From: an uncultured Candidatus Saccharibacteria bacterium
GTDB taxonomy: Bacteria; Patescibacteriota; Minisyncoccia; Minisyncoccales; Staskawiczbacteraceae
Length of the DNA stretch: 64,000 nucleotides
Direction: 5' to 3'
Assembly: GCA_964404005.1 (NCBI GenBank)
Contig: CAYOIH010000001.1
Coordinates: forward strand, 226 to 64,225
Below are positions 36,614 through 47,823 of the stretch, piece after piece. Position 1 is the stretch's first letter. Every line of letters begins with the position of its first letter. Made by a program: the position numbers and the translations under genes. The notes beneath the pieces are model-generated. The model was not told the DNA's origin and searched no databases. It saw only the letters and a list, made by a program, of their open reading frames with translations.

Positions 36614-37759
36614 ATGAAGGGAAAGAACAAAAAAAATAAAAAAATGGTTTTTTTAACTGCGACAAGGGCCGATTTTGGGAAGTTAAAACCATTAATAAAT
36701 ATGGTTGAAAAATCCGATTTTTTTGAATGTTTTGTTTTTGTGACGGGCATGCACACATTGCCAAAATACGGCTTAACTCTTAGAGAAGTTGAAAAGCAGG
36801 GCTACAAAAACATTTTCACCTATAAAAATCAGAAAGACGCCACCAACATGGATATTATTTTAGCCAACACGATAAAAGGATTCAGCTCTTTTGTAAAAAA
36901 AATAAGACCGGACATAATTGTGCTACATGGAGACAGGGTTGAGCCATTGGCTGGGGCGATTACCGGTTCTTTGAATAATATTTTGGTTGCCCATGTAGAG
37001 GGCGGGGAGATTTCTGGCACTGTTGACGAATTGATACGCCACGCAATTTCCAAGCTTTCTCATCTGCATTTTGTTGCCAATAAAGAGGCCAAAACAAGAT
37101 TGATACAAATGGGAGAATCAAGCGGCAATATTTTTACCATAGGTTCTCCGGACATTGATATTATGAAGTCGGATAATTTACCGAAAATTGAAGGAGCCAG
37201 GAAAAGATATAATATCCCCTTCAAAAAATATTCAATTTTTATTTATCATCCGGTTGTAGGAGAAATTAGATCGCTCAAAAAAGACATAAAAAAAATTGTT
37301 GAAGTGGCTATAGAATCTAAGAAAAATTACGTTGTAATATATCCCAACAACGATATGGGCGCAGATATTATCTTGAATGAATACAAAAAATTCCGGGGTA
37401 AAAAAGAATTTAAAATTTTTCCGTCGCTGCGGTTCGAATATTTTTTAACACTGATGAAAAATGCAGAATTTATAATGGGAAATTCAAGCAGCGGGATCAG
37501 GGAGGCCGAGGTGTATGGCATTCCTTCAATAAACATCGGGACAAGACAAAAAAACAGGACGAGGAACAAAGACATTATAAACGTCCTCGTCGATAAAAAG
37601 GAAATACTTAAGGCAATTGATATGGCGGGTAAAAAGAAATTGCAAGCGATTAATAATTTTGGCAGTGGCAATAGCGCCGAAAAATTTTACAAAATTATTT
37701 TGGACAAAGGTTTTTGGAATACAGATATCCAGAAACAGTTTTTGGATTTTAAAAAGTAA
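36614..37759 (+). CDS. neuC: UDP-N-acetylglucosamine 2-epimerase (hydrolysing), NeuC/LegG-like
   Basis: FLTATRADFGKLKPL...VTGMHT...HVEGGE motifs of hydrolysing 2-epimerase family. Confidence 0.8.
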   Translation: MKGKNKKNKKMVFLTATRADFGKLKPLINMVEKSDFFECFVFVTGMHTLPKYGLTLREVEKQGYKNIFTYKNQKDATNMDIILANTIKGFSSFVKKIRPDIIVLHGDRVEPLAGAITGSLNNILVAHVEGGEISGTVDELIRHAISKLSHLHFVANKEAKTRLIQMGESSGNIFTIGSPDIDIMKSDNLPKIEGARKRYNIPFKKYSIFIYHPVVGEIRSLKKDIKKIVEVAIESKKNYVVIYPNNDMGADIILNEYKKFRGKKEFKIFPSLRFEYFLTLMKNAEFIMGNSSSGIREAEVYGIPSINIGTRQKNRTRNKDIINVLVDKKEILKAIDMAGKKKLQAINNFGSGNSAEKFYKIILDKGFWNTDIQKQFLDFKK

Positions 37760-37773
37760 AGTGAATAATTAAC

Positions 37774-39213
37774 TTGGAAAAAAGTCTTATAAAAAATACC
37801 GGAATTTACTTTATAGTTAATTTGCTTTCGCAATTTGCTGTTTTTGTTTTGTGGATCATTATAGCAGGGGTGCTTTCTCCTTTGGAGGTTGGCGTATACG
37901 CTCTGGCTATTTTCATAGTTGATTTCTTTGGGGCATTCGCTATTTTTGGGTTGAACTCCGCTATCACCAGATTTTATTATTCTGAAGAGTCGGTTCAGGA
38001 GGTGTTTTTCAATTCACTGATAATTCTTATTGCTTCTATTATTATATCTGTAGCCGCGCTGTTTCTATCTGCGGGTTTTATCTCTTGGTTTATCCCAGGT
38101 ATTTCTGGTATTCTCAACGGCAATATTTTTTTATTTAACTCGCTGATTTTAACCTCTTCCATTTATAATTTTGCGCTCTCTCACTACTCCGCCTTAAAAA
38201 GGACCCTTCTGTATGCTAAAGTTAGTTTATCGCAAACAATTTTATTTTTTCTTTTTGCTTTACTGTTCTTATATATTAAACTCGGAATTTTGGGAATTTT
38301 TTATGCGTTGTTTATTTCCTACTCAATTCCGGCATTGTTGTTTATTTTTCAGGAAATAAAATCCCTCTCCTTCCGATTTTTTTCCATAAAAATTATAAAA
38401 TCACTACTACATTATAGCATCCCTATGATGCTATATTCAATATTGGGGACTATTGTGATGTATGCCGGAAGAATTTTTCTAGACAAATACGCAAGCATTT
38501 CAACTTTGGGAGTTTACGGATTTTTTTTGATAGTGATGTTGCAGATCAATGCCATTTGGTCAACTTTCAACAAGGCGTGGACTCCGGAAATATTCTCTCA
38601 ACTAAAAGAAAATAAAAAAAGGGCGCTGGAAAACGTAAAAAGCATGGCATTCATTTCCAGCTTTGTTTATTCGATATTTTTTATTATGCTTATAATTTTT
38701 AAACAGGTCGGACTTTTAGGATTATTTATAAAACCCATATACCTGTCAAATATTTATATTCTGTACATCCTTTTGTTGGCGCCCTTGTTTACCGGCATTT
38801 ACACATCAGCATATCCTCTTTTTTATTATAAAAAAAAGACAGGAATGATTTTAATGATATCCATTGCTCTTAATTTTTTGTCTATAGCATTAACATTTTT
38901 TATGGTAAAATCATTCAGTCAGATGGGTGCCGCATTAAGCTATTTTATTTCATCCGCCCTGTCTGTATTCGTTTTTTTGTTCGCCTTCAAAAAAGATATG
39001 GGTATTTCCTCAAGCATTATAAAATGGGCTTTATTTGTGTTTTCCGCGGCCGTCCTAGGAATTTACATCTTCCTGGAAACATCGTCAAGTATACTGCTCC
39101 TCTTTATTTTCGTTGCAATCGCGCTTCTGGCTTATAAGTTTGGGTCGTTATCCAAAAAACAATATTTATTAGTATCTCTTTGGAAGGATATTGGGTTTAA
39201 ATTTAAGGTTTAA
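37774..39213 (+). CDS. wzx: oligosaccharide flippase (Wzx/MOP superfamily)
   Basis: ~14 predicted TM helices, 479 aa, polysaccharide-biosynthesis-protein-like profile. Confidence 0.6.
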   Translation: MEKSLIKNTGIYFIVNLLSQFAVFVLWIIIAGVLSPLEVGVYALAIFIVDFFGAFAIFGLNSAITRFYYSEESVQEVFFNSLIILIASIIISVAALFLSAGFISWFIPGISGILNGNIFLFNSLILTSSIYNFALSHYSALKRTLLYAKVSLSQTILFFLFALLFLYIKLGILGIFYALFISYSIPALLFIFQEIKSLSFRFFSIKIIKSLLHYSIPMMLYSILGTIVMYAGRIFLDKYASISTLGVYGFFLIVMLQINAIWSTFNKAWTPEIFSQLKENKKRALENVKSMAFISSFVYSIFFIMLIIFKQVGLLGLFIKPIYLSNIYILYILLLAPLFTGIYTSAYPLFYYKKKTGMILMISIALNFLSIALTFFMVKSFSQMGAALSYFISSALSVFVFLFAFKKDMGISSSIIKWALFVFSAAVLGIYIFLETSSSILLLFIFVAIALLAYKFGSLSKKQYLLVSLWKDIGFKFKV

Positions 39214-39301
39214 TTTAGCAATGAAAAAAAATAGAACCAAAACGCATATCCAAAAATTTCTGATTAGGATGGATTTACATTAATAGAAGAGTTTATTTAT
39301 T

Positions 39302-40654
39302 ATGAATAATAAAAATTCAAACATCAAAGTTCTTTTTTATACCTTTACCGCAAGGGCTTTTAGGACAACCTTGGTCGGTCATTTGTATGAAATATGCCGG
39401 GCTTGGCCTACGGTTTTAATTTCTGAGAAATTGGATCAAGATTCAGAGGATGCTTTGAAAAATAAAGATTTTCCCCACAAATTAGGAAAAATAATACAGA
39501 TTCGTCAGTTCAGCGGGGTAGAAAAAAATAACATATTTGCTCAAAATAAGTATCTTTATAGCTTAGCGAAAAAATTTATTGAAGAAGAAAAGCCCGATAT
39601 AGTTGTTACTGCCAGCGACATGCATTCGTTGTTTGAGATGTATCTGTTGAGGTTGGCAAAAAAGAATAATTCATTGAATTTGTGTTTGCAACCCTCAAAT
39701 ACAGGTGGCATTAAAGTCGTTGAAAAGTGGGTTGATCATATTAACGCTTATTTAAGGTTCCCTATATTTTTACCTTTGTGGTTGAGGATTTTTTTAGTAA
39801 AATGCAGAAAATATTCTGGCCACCTTTTTTATTATTGGATTTTACCGGTAACAGCGGGCCAGATGCCATTTTTTGGGAAATCAAGCCATATACTGGTAAG
39901 AGGCAATTCGGGGATGAGAGATTCGGACTATCAAATAGTTTTTTCTCATAGAGATTACAATTTTTTTATTAAAGATGGAGTGCCAGCTGAAAAATTAAGA
40001 ATTTTGTCACATCCTTTAGCTAGAAAAAAGACAAGGGAATTTTTTGAAAAAATATATTTTAAGAATTATAAGAAAAACAAGGGCAAAAAAACTGTTGTAT
40101 TAATGATTCCTACGGGAATAGAAATCGGATTTTTTAAAAAAGATTTTTCCTTGATTCCTCAAAAAGGAAGGGAGGAGAAATGGGTTGAAACGATAAGATT
40201 AATCAGCAGGATCCTTCCAGGCTGGGACATATTCATAAAACCGCATCCCGATACTAATACTAAAAACTTTGATGATATAAAAAACATGATAGAATCAATT
40301 TCGGAAAATATAAAAATCGCCGACCCCGGAGAGCCAGCGGACAAATATATTGAATTGGCTGATATTATTATAGGTTTGCCACCGTCAACAAGCACGACAA
40401 TTTTCACGGCTTCATTGCAGTGTCCGGAAAAACCGATAATCTCTCTGGATTTTTATCAGGAGGTTTTGGGAGATTTTTACAAGGAATTCGAGGGTATTGA
40501 ATATATCGACAACGAAAAAAGATTTATTGAGATATTGAAAGATATTCGGGATAAAAAATATCAAAAGAAACAAAGATTAAAAAAAGAAGAATTTTCAAAC
40601 ATAGTCGAATTAATAAATAATTTAATCAGCGCAAAAAATGAAAAAAGAAATTAA
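39302..40654 (+). CDS. putative TagF/KpsC-like transferase (candidate nonulosonic-acid or glycerophosphate transferase)
   Basis: IKPHPDTN motif resembling the KxHP motif of CDP-glycerol glycerophosphotransferase / capsule-synthesis families; otherwise no strong match. Confidence 0.3.
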   Translation: MNNKNSNIKVLFYTFTARAFRTTLVGHLYEICRAWPTVLISEKLDQDSEDALKNKDFPHKLGKIIQIRQFSGVEKNNIFAQNKYLYSLAKKFIEEEKPDIVVTASDMHSLFEMYLLRLAKKNNSLNLCLQPSNTGGIKVVEKWVDHINAYLRFPIFLPLWLRIFLVKCRKYSGHLFYYWILPVTAGQMPFFGKSSHILVRGNSGMRDSDYQIVFSHRDYNFFIKDGVPAEKLRILSHPLARKKTREFFEKIYFKNYKKNKGKKTVVLMIPTGIEIGFFKKDFSLIPQKGREEKWVETIRLISRILPGWDIFIKPHPDTNTKNFDDIKNMIESISENIKIADPGEPADKYIELADIIIGLPPSTSTTIFTASLQCPEKPIISLDFYQEVLGDFYKEFEGIEYIDNEKRFIEILKDIRDKKYQKKQRLKKEEFSNIVELINNLISAKNEKRN

Positions 40655-41177
40655 AATTTTTTTAAATCTGTTAATTTATATTTTTGTTGGATTGTTTGAC
40701 TTAATTATTCGCCCTTTCAAAAGATATGTATTTTTTGTGATTCAAAGTGTAAGAATGGCAAAGTGGAAAACAAAATTAGGTAGTTTAGGGGATAATGTAG
40801 AAATATATCCCGATGTAATAATGCATTTTTCCAAGAACATAAAAATTGGAAATAACGTATCAATAACTGAGTTTGTTCATATGTGGGGCGCCGGCGGGAT
40901 AGAGATTGGCGATGACACCGTTATCGCCGCGCACTCAATTATTACTTCACAAACGCATGATGCCAACGCCGATTCTTACAGGTCGACGCAAGTTTTTAAA
41001 CCCGTGAAAATCGGCAAAAATGTTTGGATTGGTTCGGGAGCGATAATACTGCCAGGTATAACGGTGGGAGATAATGCTATCGTAGGTGCAGGTAGTGTAG
41101 TTACACATGATGTTGAGCCGAATATAACGGTTGTGGGGATTCCCGCAAGAATACTGCAACGTATAGAAAGAAAATAA
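40638..41177 (+). CDS. hexapeptide-repeat (LbH) acetyltransferase
   Basis: IGNNVSITEFVHMWGAGGIEIGDDTVIAAHSII... hexapeptide repeats, WbbJ/NeuD-like. Confidence 0.7.
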   Translation: MKKEIKIFLNLLIYIFVGLFDLIIRPFKRYVFFVIQSVRMAKWKTKLGSLGDNVEIYPDVIMHFSKNIKIGNNVSITEFVHMWGAGGIEIGDDTVIAAHSIITSQTHDANADSYRSTQVFKPVKIGKNVWIGSGAIILPGITVGDNAIVGAGSVVTHDVEPNITVVGIPARILQRIERK

Positions 41178-41264
41178 AATTATGGTTAATTCCCGCCCTT
41201 CTTGTAAAAATGATAATATAAGTTATATTGGTGCTGTTCCCGCAGAAGGAACTATAAATGTTTT

Positions 41265-42008
41265 ATGCAAGCCAGATTAAGATTTAAAATGAAAATAATA
41301 AAAAATATAGTAGTTAATTTAATCCATTGGTCGGGGTACGACATTTATAAGATACCTAAAACAGATTTTTCTGGTTTGGATAAATTAAACATTAAAACTA
41401 TTATAGACATAGGCGCTAATCGTGGACAGTTTGCCAGGAGGGTTTTTTTAATCTTTCCAGAAGCAAAAATTTTCTGTTTTGAGCCGGTCGAAGAAGCCTT
41501 TGACGGTTTAAAAAAATGGGCAGAATCTTCAGGTCAGGGAAGGGTTTTCGTTTTTAATGTGGCACTTGGAGATAAGGAGGAAGAAAAAGAAATGTTTTTA
41601 CATTTAAATCACACCGATTCATCCTCAATGCTCCAAACAACCAAAAGCTTCGAAAATGATTTTCATTTAGCCCAGAATCAGAAAAAAATAAAAGTGAATC
41701 AATATACTTTGGATACGGCCTTGGAAAAATTGGTAAAGAAAGAATTAGAAAAAGAAGTATTGGTAAAAATGGATGTTCAGGGATATGAAGGTTTGGTTAT
41801 TAGTGGCGCAAAAAAAATATTGCTAAAATCTAAAGCCTGTATTATTGAAATCGTTAACGATGAATTTTACAAAGGCCAGCCGGATTTCAAGAAAATATTT
41901 TTTTTGATGGACAATTTTGGATTTAAGTATTATGGAAACTTAGAACAAGTTATAGACCATAGAGATGGGCATATTACTTATTACGATGCGATTTTTATAA
42001 AAAAATAA
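41265..42008 (+). CDS. FkbM-family SAM-dependent methyltransferase
   Basis: IIDIGANRGQFA...FCFEPVEEAF motif typical of FkbM family. Confidence 0.7.
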   Translation: MQARLRFKMKIIKNIVVNLIHWSGYDIYKIPKTDFSGLDKLNIKTIIDIGANRGQFARRVFLIFPEAKIFCFEPVEEAFDGLKKWAESSGQGRVFVFNVALGDKEEEKEMFLHLNHTDSSSMLQTTKSFENDFHLAQNQKKIKVNQYTLDTALEKLVKKELEKEVLVKMDVQGYEGLVISGAKKILLKSKACIIEIVNDEFYKGQPDFKKIFFLMDNFGFKYYGNLEQVIDHRDGHITYYDAIFIKK

Positions 42009-42009
42009 C

Positions 42010-42939
42010 ATGAAAAGAGAATACAAAAAAATATTAGTTGCCGGCGGGAGCGGATTTTTGGGAAAGAGCGTGATTCAAAAACTAAAAGAGAGGAATCTCA
42101 ATTTCGTTTCTTTAGATTTAGCAACCGGCCACGATTTCCGTGACTTCGAAAAAAATAAAAAAGTTTTTGATGAAGAAAAATTTGATGCCGTAATACATTG
42201 CGCTGCTTTTGTTGGAGGAATTCAATTTGGATATGAGCATCCTGCCGAACTATTTTACAACAATATTTTAATGACTACCTACCTTATGGAGACCGCCAGA
42301 TTGGCCGGAGTCAAAAGATTTATTAATCCAATCTCAAACTGTGTTTACCCTGGGTCCGCATCCCTTTTTAAAGAAGAAGAATTATGGGACGGACCTATGC
42401 ACGAATCTGTTGCGAGCTATGGACTTACTAAAAAGGCGGGCTTGGTCCAAGGACAGAGTTATTATAAACAATATGGCTTTGACTCAGTTCATTTAATTTT
42501 GCCGAACATGTATGGCCCCGGAGACCATTTTGAAGAAGTAAAGTCGCACGCGTTGGGGGCCCTGATAATGAAATTTGAGGAAGCTAGGAGGAAAAATATT
42601 TCAGAGGTTGCCGTATGGGGAAGCGGAAAACCAATTAGAGAGTGGCTTTATGTCGAGGACGGAGCAGAAGCTTTGGTGAGAGCTTTGTTTATTGATTCAT
42701 ATAACGAACCCGTAAATATAGGAATTGGCAAAGGGATTTCAATTGCAGAATTGGCAATCTTAATAAGGGGGGCAGTTGGGTATAATGGCAAAATAGTTTT
42801 TGATCCATCTAAGCCCGATGGAGCCCCGACAAAAACAATGGAAGTAAGCAAAATGAGAAAAATATTTGACTGGGAACCCAAAATCCAGCTTGAAGATGGA
42901 ATTAGAAAAACAGTAGAATATTATAAAAATAATTTTTAA
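42010..42939 (+). CDS. fcl: GDP-L-fucose synthase (GDP-4-keto-6-deoxymannose 3,5-epimerase/4-reductase)
   Basis: KKILVAGGSGFLG, YNNILMTTYLMETA, catalytic YxxxK (YGLTK) region; 309 aa. Confidence 0.75.
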   Translation: MKREYKKILVAGGSGFLGKSVIQKLKERNLNFVSLDLATGHDFRDFEKNKKVFDEEKFDAVIHCAAFVGGIQFGYEHPAELFYNNILMTTYLMETARLAGVKRFINPISNCVYPGSASLFKEEELWDGPMHESVASYGLTKKAGLVQGQSYYKQYGFDSVHLILPNMYGPGDHFEEVKSHALGALIMKFEEARRKNISEVAVWGSGKPIREWLYVEDGAEALVRALFIDSYNEPVNIGIGKGISIAELAILIRGAVGYNGKIVFDPSKPDGAPTKTMEVSKMRKIFDWEPKIQLEDGIRKTVEYYKNNF

Positions 42940-42950
42940 AACCGCATATT

Positions 42951-44168
42951 ATGTTCAGAAAACTATGCTTAGCATGTAGCTCACAGAATCTTACAAAAAT
43001 TATTGATTTGGGAATGCATCCATTTGCTGACACCTTTATTCCTGAATCGCGACTCAGTGAATCTGAGCCGGTTTATCCGTTGTCGTGTGATTTGTGCAAA
43101 GACTGTGGTCACATCCAGACTTCATGTATAACTAATCCGATGGACCGCTATGCTTCCTATGATTATTCGTATACTTCGGCAAATTCCACATTTTCAAAAA
43201 ACCACTGGCAGAATTATGCAGTGGAAGTTCCTACAAGAATAAATTTAGAAAAAGGAGCCAGTATTATTGATGTTGGTTCAAACGACGGCTTTTTGCCGGA
43301 ACATTTTCAGAAGAACGGATATAGGGTTTTAGGGGTGGACCCATCTCAGTTTATGGTAGATCTGGCAAAAAAAAACAATGTAGAAACCTTCATTGGACTT
43401 TTTAATTTAGAAACCGCAGCAAAAATTTTAGAAGATTTTGGAAAGGTAAATCTAATCACTGCAAATAACGTTTTTAACCATTCAGACGCGCCACAAGATT
43501 TTGTAAAAGCAGTTGAGTTGATTTTGGCTAAAGATGGTGTGTTTGTTTTTGAATCGCCTTATTGGATGTCCACCTTCAAAACAAAAAAATTTGATCAAAT
43601 TTATCACGAGCATGTAAGTTATTTTACGGTTAAGTCCGCTAGAAAAGTTTTGGAAGCGGCGGATTTAGTGATCACAGACGTACAAATGGTAAATTATCAC
43701 GGTGGATCTCTCCGCGTATTTTCAAAAAGAAAAAATGATGCTAAAAATGAAGCCTCAATAGTAAAAGAATTAATTGAAAAAGAAGAAGCGTTAGAACTTT
43801 TTAATCAGGAAAGTTATGTAAAGTTTATGCAAAATATCTTAGACCAGCGCAATGTATTTCTTAAAAAAGTTTATGAAATAAAATCCAACGGTGAACCAAT
43901 TATTGCAGTTGGAGCTGCGGCTAAAGGGAACACCTTTCTTAATTTTTATAATTTAAATCATACTGTAATTGATTATGTGACAGATTCGTCTCCTTATAAA
44001 TGCGGGAAGCACACTCCTTTATCAAGAATTCCAATTAAAAATGATGATATTTTTTCTCAATACAAAGACGTTTATGCTTTGATTCTTTCCTGGAATATTG
44101 CAGACCAGCTTAAAGATAATTTAGGTAAAATAAATAAAAAAATAAAATTTATTTCTCCGGAAAAATAA
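42951..44168 (+). CDS. NDP-sugar C-methyltransferase (TylC3-like; N-terminal Zn-ribbon + class I SAM MTase)
   Basis: CLACSSQN...[11 protein letters not shown] zinc-binding N-domain, [15 protein letters not shown] motif, C-terminal C-methyltransferase-like domain. Confidence 0.6.
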   Translation: MFRKLCLACSSQNLTKIIDLGMHPFADTFIPESRLSESEPVYPLSCDLCKDCGHIQTSCITNPMDRYASYDYSYTSANSTFSKNHWQNYAVEVPTRINLEKGASIIDVGSNDGFLPEHFQKNGYRVLGVDPSQFMVDLAKKNNVETFIGLFNLETAAKILEDFGKVNLITANNVFNHSDAPQDFVKAVELILAKDGVFVFESPYWMSTFKTKKFDQIYHEHVSYFTVKSARKVLEAADLVITDVQMVNYHGGSLRVFSKRKNDAKNEASIVKELIEKEEALELFNQESYVKFMQNILDQRNVFLKKVYEIKSNGEPIIAVGAAAKGNTFLNFYNLNHTVIDYVTDSSPYKCGKHTPLSRIPIKNDDIFSQYKDVYALILSWNIADQLKDNLGKINKKIKFISPEK

Positions 44169-44169
44169 T

Positions 44170-45225
44170 ATGAAAAAAGCTTTAATCACGGGGGTTACGG
44201 GGCAGGACGGTTCTTATCTGGCCGAATTCCTAATCCATAAAGGATACGAAGTTCATGCAATAATTCGTAGGTCCAGTACTTTTAATACATCAAGAATAAG
44301 CCACATAATAGTTGATGAACACAATCCTTCTGGAGCAAAATTTTTCTTTTACTACGGGGATATGACAGACAGCACATGTTTAATTTCTTTGATACAAAAA
44401 ATCCAGCCGGACGAGATTTATAATTTAGCTGCCCAGAGTCACGTAATGGTTTCCTTTGAGACTCCGGAATATACAGCCAATTCTGATGCTATGGGAACAT
44501 TGAGAATGTTGGAAGCAATAAGACTTCTGGGGTTAGCCGATAAAACGAAATTTTATCAAGCGTCTTCGAGCGAGATGTTCGGCAAAATACAAGAAACTCC
44601 GCAAACAGAGAAGACTCCTTTTTATCCAAGATCCCCGTATGGGGTAGCTAAGTTATATGCACACTGGATAACCATAAATTATAGAGAGGCTTATAACATG
44701 TTTGCAGTAAATGGTATCTTATTTAATCACGAAAGCCCGAGGCGTGGAGAAACTTTTGTCACCAGAAAAATTACTCGCGCCATAGCGAATATTTTAGCAG
44801 GCAGGGAGGAGAAAATATATTTGGGGAACTTAGATGCAAAAAGAGATTGGGGTTTTGCCCCAGAATATGTTGAAGCAATGTGGCTGATGTTACAGCAAAA
44901 GAATTCGGAAGACTTTGTAATAGGAACAGGGGAAACCCATTCGGTGAAAGAGTTTATTGATGAAGCTTTTAATTACGCCGGATTAGACATTAAAAAACAC
45001 CTCGAAATTGATACAAGATATATGCGTCCGACAGAGGTTGATCTTCTGATTTCTAATCCTTCAAAGGCGAAAAAAGTTTTAAATTGGGAGCCCAAAATAA
45101 AATTTAAGGATTTAGTTAAAATTATGGTCGATGCAGATATGCGAGCCGTTGGTTTAACTCCGCCAGGGGAAGGAGACAAAATTTTAAAAGAAAAATTCCC
45201 AGATAAATGGTGGCAAAAAGATTAA
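44170..45225 (+). CDS. gmd: GDP-mannose 4,6-dehydratase
   Basis: [44 protein letters not shown] (YxxxK) motifs. Confidence 0.9.
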   Translation: MKKALITGVTGQDGSYLAEFLIHKGYEVHAIIRRSSTFNTSRISHIIVDEHNPSGAKFFFYYGDMTDSTCLISLIQKIQPDEIYNLAAQSHVMVSFETPEYTANSDAMGTLRMLEAIRLLGLADKTKFYQASSSEMFGKIQETPQTEKTPFYPRSPYGVAKLYAHWITINYREAYNMFAVNGILFNHESPRRGETFVTRKITRAIANILAGREEKIYLGNLDAKRDWGFAPEYVEAMWLMLQQKNSEDFVIGTGETHSVKEFIDEAFNYAGLDIKKHLEIDTRYMRPTEVDLLISNPSKAKKVLNWEPKIKFKDLVKIMVDADMRAVGLTPPGEGDKILKEKFPDKWWQKD

Positions 45226-45248
45226 ATAAACAAAATAATTTTTTAAAG

Positions 45249-46349
45249 ATGAAAAGAAAAATTATACCTCAGATAGAACCCTTCATAGGCAAAGAAGAGT
45301 TAAAAGAAGTTTCCGAAACCATAAAAAACAAATGGATTTCCGGTGGTTTTAAGTTGAAAGATTTTCAAGGGAAGATTGCTAAATTATGCGGAGTAAAACA
45401 TGCTATAGGAGTATGTAACGGCACACAGGCTCTTTACGTGGGGTTGAAAATCTTAGGAATCGGGCCGGGCGACGAAGTGATTGTGCCGGATTTTACCTTT
45501 ATAGCTTCTGCTAACTCTGTTTTTTGGACGGGAGCTACGCCGGTTTTTGTTGATATTGATAAAAAAACTTTTAATATTGACCCCGTGAAGATTGAAGAAG
45601 CAATTACTCAAAAAACAAAAGCAATAATGCCGGTTCATATTTATGGGCAGTCAGCTGATATGGGAAAAATAATGGAGATTGCGAAAAAACATAAATTATT
45701 TGTTATTGAAGATGCTGCTCAGGGAATTAAGGTAAATTTTAAAGGAAAGCCGGTGGGCGGGTTTGGTGATGTTGGTTGTATGTCTTTTTATGCAGATAAG
45801 GTTATAACAACCGGAGAAGGCGGGATGGTTCTAACTAATGATGATGAATTAGCTAAAAAAGCAGTTATTCTTTTAAACCAAGGTAGGTCAGGAAGGGGAT
45901 GGTATATTCATGATTACATGGGTTATAATTTTCGCCTTACCGACCTTCAGGCAGCTGTGGGGGTAGCCCAAATAAAGAAACTACCGTTGATTATTAAAAA
46001 AAGAAAAAAGATCGAAAAACTTTATAAAAATTATTTGGCCGGGGTAAAAGGAGTTGAGTTCCCATTTGTTGACCCTCGTGGCGATAAAATTCCTTATAGG
46101 ATTACAATTTTAGTTGAGAAGCCACAAGAGTTATTGGATTTTTTGGACAAAGGGGGCATTAAGGCCTCTAGAAGTTTCTATCCGCTACATCTTCAGCCCT
46201 GTTATAATATTAAAGGGAATTTTCCTAATTCGGTTTTTGCATATGAAAGGATTTTACGTTTACCCTCGGGGACGGGCTTAACCGAAAAAGAAATTTGTTA
46301 TGTTTGTGATAAAATTAAATTATTTTTTAAAAATTATGACAGAAAATAA
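45249..46349 (+). CDS. DegT-family aminotransferase, GDP-perosamine synthase-like
   Basis: DegT/DnrJ fold (CNGTQALYVGL, GFGDVGCMSFYADKVITTGEGG); sits directly after gmd. Confidence 0.7.
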   Translation: MKRKIIPQIEPFIGKEELKEVSETIKNKWISGGFKLKDFQGKIAKLCGVKHAIGVCNGTQALYVGLKILGIGPGDEVIVPDFTFIASANSVFWTGATPVFVDIDKKTFNIDPVKIEEAITQKTKAIMPVHIYGQSADMGKIMEIAKKHKLFVIEDAAQGIKVNFKGKPVGGFGDVGCMSFYADKVITTGEGGMVLTNDDELAKKAVILLNQGRSGRGWYIHDYMGYNFRLTDLQAAVGVAQIKKLPLIIKKRKKIEKLYKNYLAGVKGVEFPFVDPRGDKIPYRITILVEKPQELLDFLDKGGIKASRSFYPLHLQPCYNIKGNFPNSVFAYERILRLPSGTGLTEKEICYVCDKIKLFFKNYDRK

Positions 46350-46905
46350 AATAAATAAAAAAAAAGCTGAAGAGATAAAGTTACATTTAGGCTGTGGGAC
46401 AAGATATATCCCCGGATTCATTCATATTGATATTAGAAAACTACCCCATGTGGATTATGCAACTTCAGCTGATAAATTAAAGATGTTTAAAGATAATTCG
46501 GTAGATTTGATTTACGCTTGTCATATTCTTGATCATTTTAAGAGGGACCAGATAGGGGGTGTTTTAAAAGAATGGCACCGGGTCTTAAAACCCGGAGGGA
46601 TATTAAGATTAGCGGTCTCTGATTTTGAGCAGATAGTCAAAGTTTACCTTAAATATAAAGATTTAAAATTGGTTGTAGGACCCCTGATGGGCAGACAAGA
46701 TTATCCCGCGAACACTCATGGCATGAGTTTCGACTTTAGTTATTTGTCCGAATTTTTAAAGAAAGCCGGATTTAAAAAAATCAGGAGATATAATTGGGAA
46801 GAGACAATTCATAAAGATTATGACGACTTATCCCAGGCCTATATTCCTCATATGGATAAAAAGAGCGGTATTTTAATAAGCCTCAATGTAGAAGCTGAAA
46901 AATAA
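46336..46905 (+). CDS. class I SAM-dependent methyltransferase
   Basis: LHLGCGTRYIPGFIHID...DLIYACHILDHF...LKPGGILRL (Methyltransf_11-like). Confidence 0.6.
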   Translation: MTENKINKKKAEEIKLHLGCGTRYIPGFIHIDIRKLPHVDYATSADKLKMFKDNSVDLIYACHILDHFKRDQIGGVLKEWHRVLKPGGILRLAVSDFEQIVKVYLKYKDLKLVVGPLMGRQDYPANTHGMSFDFSYLSEFLKKAGFKKIRRYNWEETIHKDYDDLSQAYIPHMDKKSGILISLNVEAEK

Positions 46906-46907
46906 CT

Positions 46908-47822
46908 ATGAGGAATAAAATTCCAGAAGAAGAAATAAAAGATTTTATATTGAAGCCGAATTTTGACGAGGTAGTTTTACTGAATAAAAACTCTGATTTT
47001 CCAAAAATTTCTGTTGTCATTCCATCTTTCAATGCGGTTCAATTTTTAGAAAAAACCATTCTCAGTGCGCTAAATCAGAATTATCCTAACCTGGAGTTAA
47101 TTGTAATTGATGGCGGCTCCACCGACGGCACGCTTGAAATAATCAAAAAATATGAGAAGTTTATTTATTATTGGAAAAGCGAAAAAGACCGGGGAGAGGC
47201 TGACGCCATAAATAAGGGATTTCCGATAGCGACCGGAGAATTAGTTAACGAAATGAACGCCGACGATATTTTTTTGCCGGGCGCGCTAATGACCGTAGGA
47301 AAGTTTTTTAGAGAAAACAAAAACACGGACGTTATTTTTGGGAACATGCTCAATATAGATGAAAATGACAAAATTGTCGGAGAGTGCGTGTACACTAAAT
47401 TCTCGAGGACAGTTTACCAATATGAAGGAGTCTCGCTAGGGTCTCAAAGTGCTTTCTGGAAAAGAAGCTTATTTAAGAAGATTGGCGCACATGATGCAAA
47501 CTTAAAATTATCGCCAGATTACGACTTTTTTTTACGATTAGGAATTGCGGGAGCCAAATTTAAATATCTTCCTTATTTTTTTAGCGCCATGAGAAGACAT
47601 AAGGGCTCTTTAACCGAAAACTTTGCTTACACTCCAAAGTATTTTGAAGAGATGGCAATTATCGATAACCGCTATGGGAAAAAAAAATGGGCGGAGCCAT
47701 TTTTAAAAGTGTATTCTATTGGATACAGGGTTTTAAACTATTTTTTACAGGGTGACGGAGATTATGTTATTAACGGGTTTATAAGGAGAATTAAAAACAA
47801 AAGCATTTTTAGCGGGAAGTAA
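46908..47822 (+). CDS. family 2 glycosyltransferase
   Basis: ISVVIPSFNAVQFLEKTILSALNQNYPNLELIVIDGGSTDGT, DAD motif. Confidence 0.75.
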   Translation: MRNKIPEEEIKDFILKPNFDEVVLLNKNSDFPKISVVIPSFNAVQFLEKTILSALNQNYPNLELIVIDGGSTDGTLEIIKKYEKFIYYWKSEKDRGEADAINKGFPIATGELVNEMNADDIFLPGALMTVGKFFRENKNTDVIFGNMLNIDENDKIVGECVYTKFSRTVYQYEGVSLGSQSAFWKRSLFKKIGAHDANLKLSPDYDFFLRLGIAGAKFKYLPYFFSAMRRHKGSLTENFAYTPKYFEEMAIIDNRYGKKKWAEPFLKVYSIGYRVLNYFLQGDGDYVINGFIRRIKNKSIFSGK

Positions 47823-47823
47823 C

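Noticed and set aside
45951-45975. cttcaggcagctgtggggg in the DegT gene resembling family-1
   Set aside because: Encodes a conserved DegT-family LQAAVG motif; only partial match; likely coincidence.
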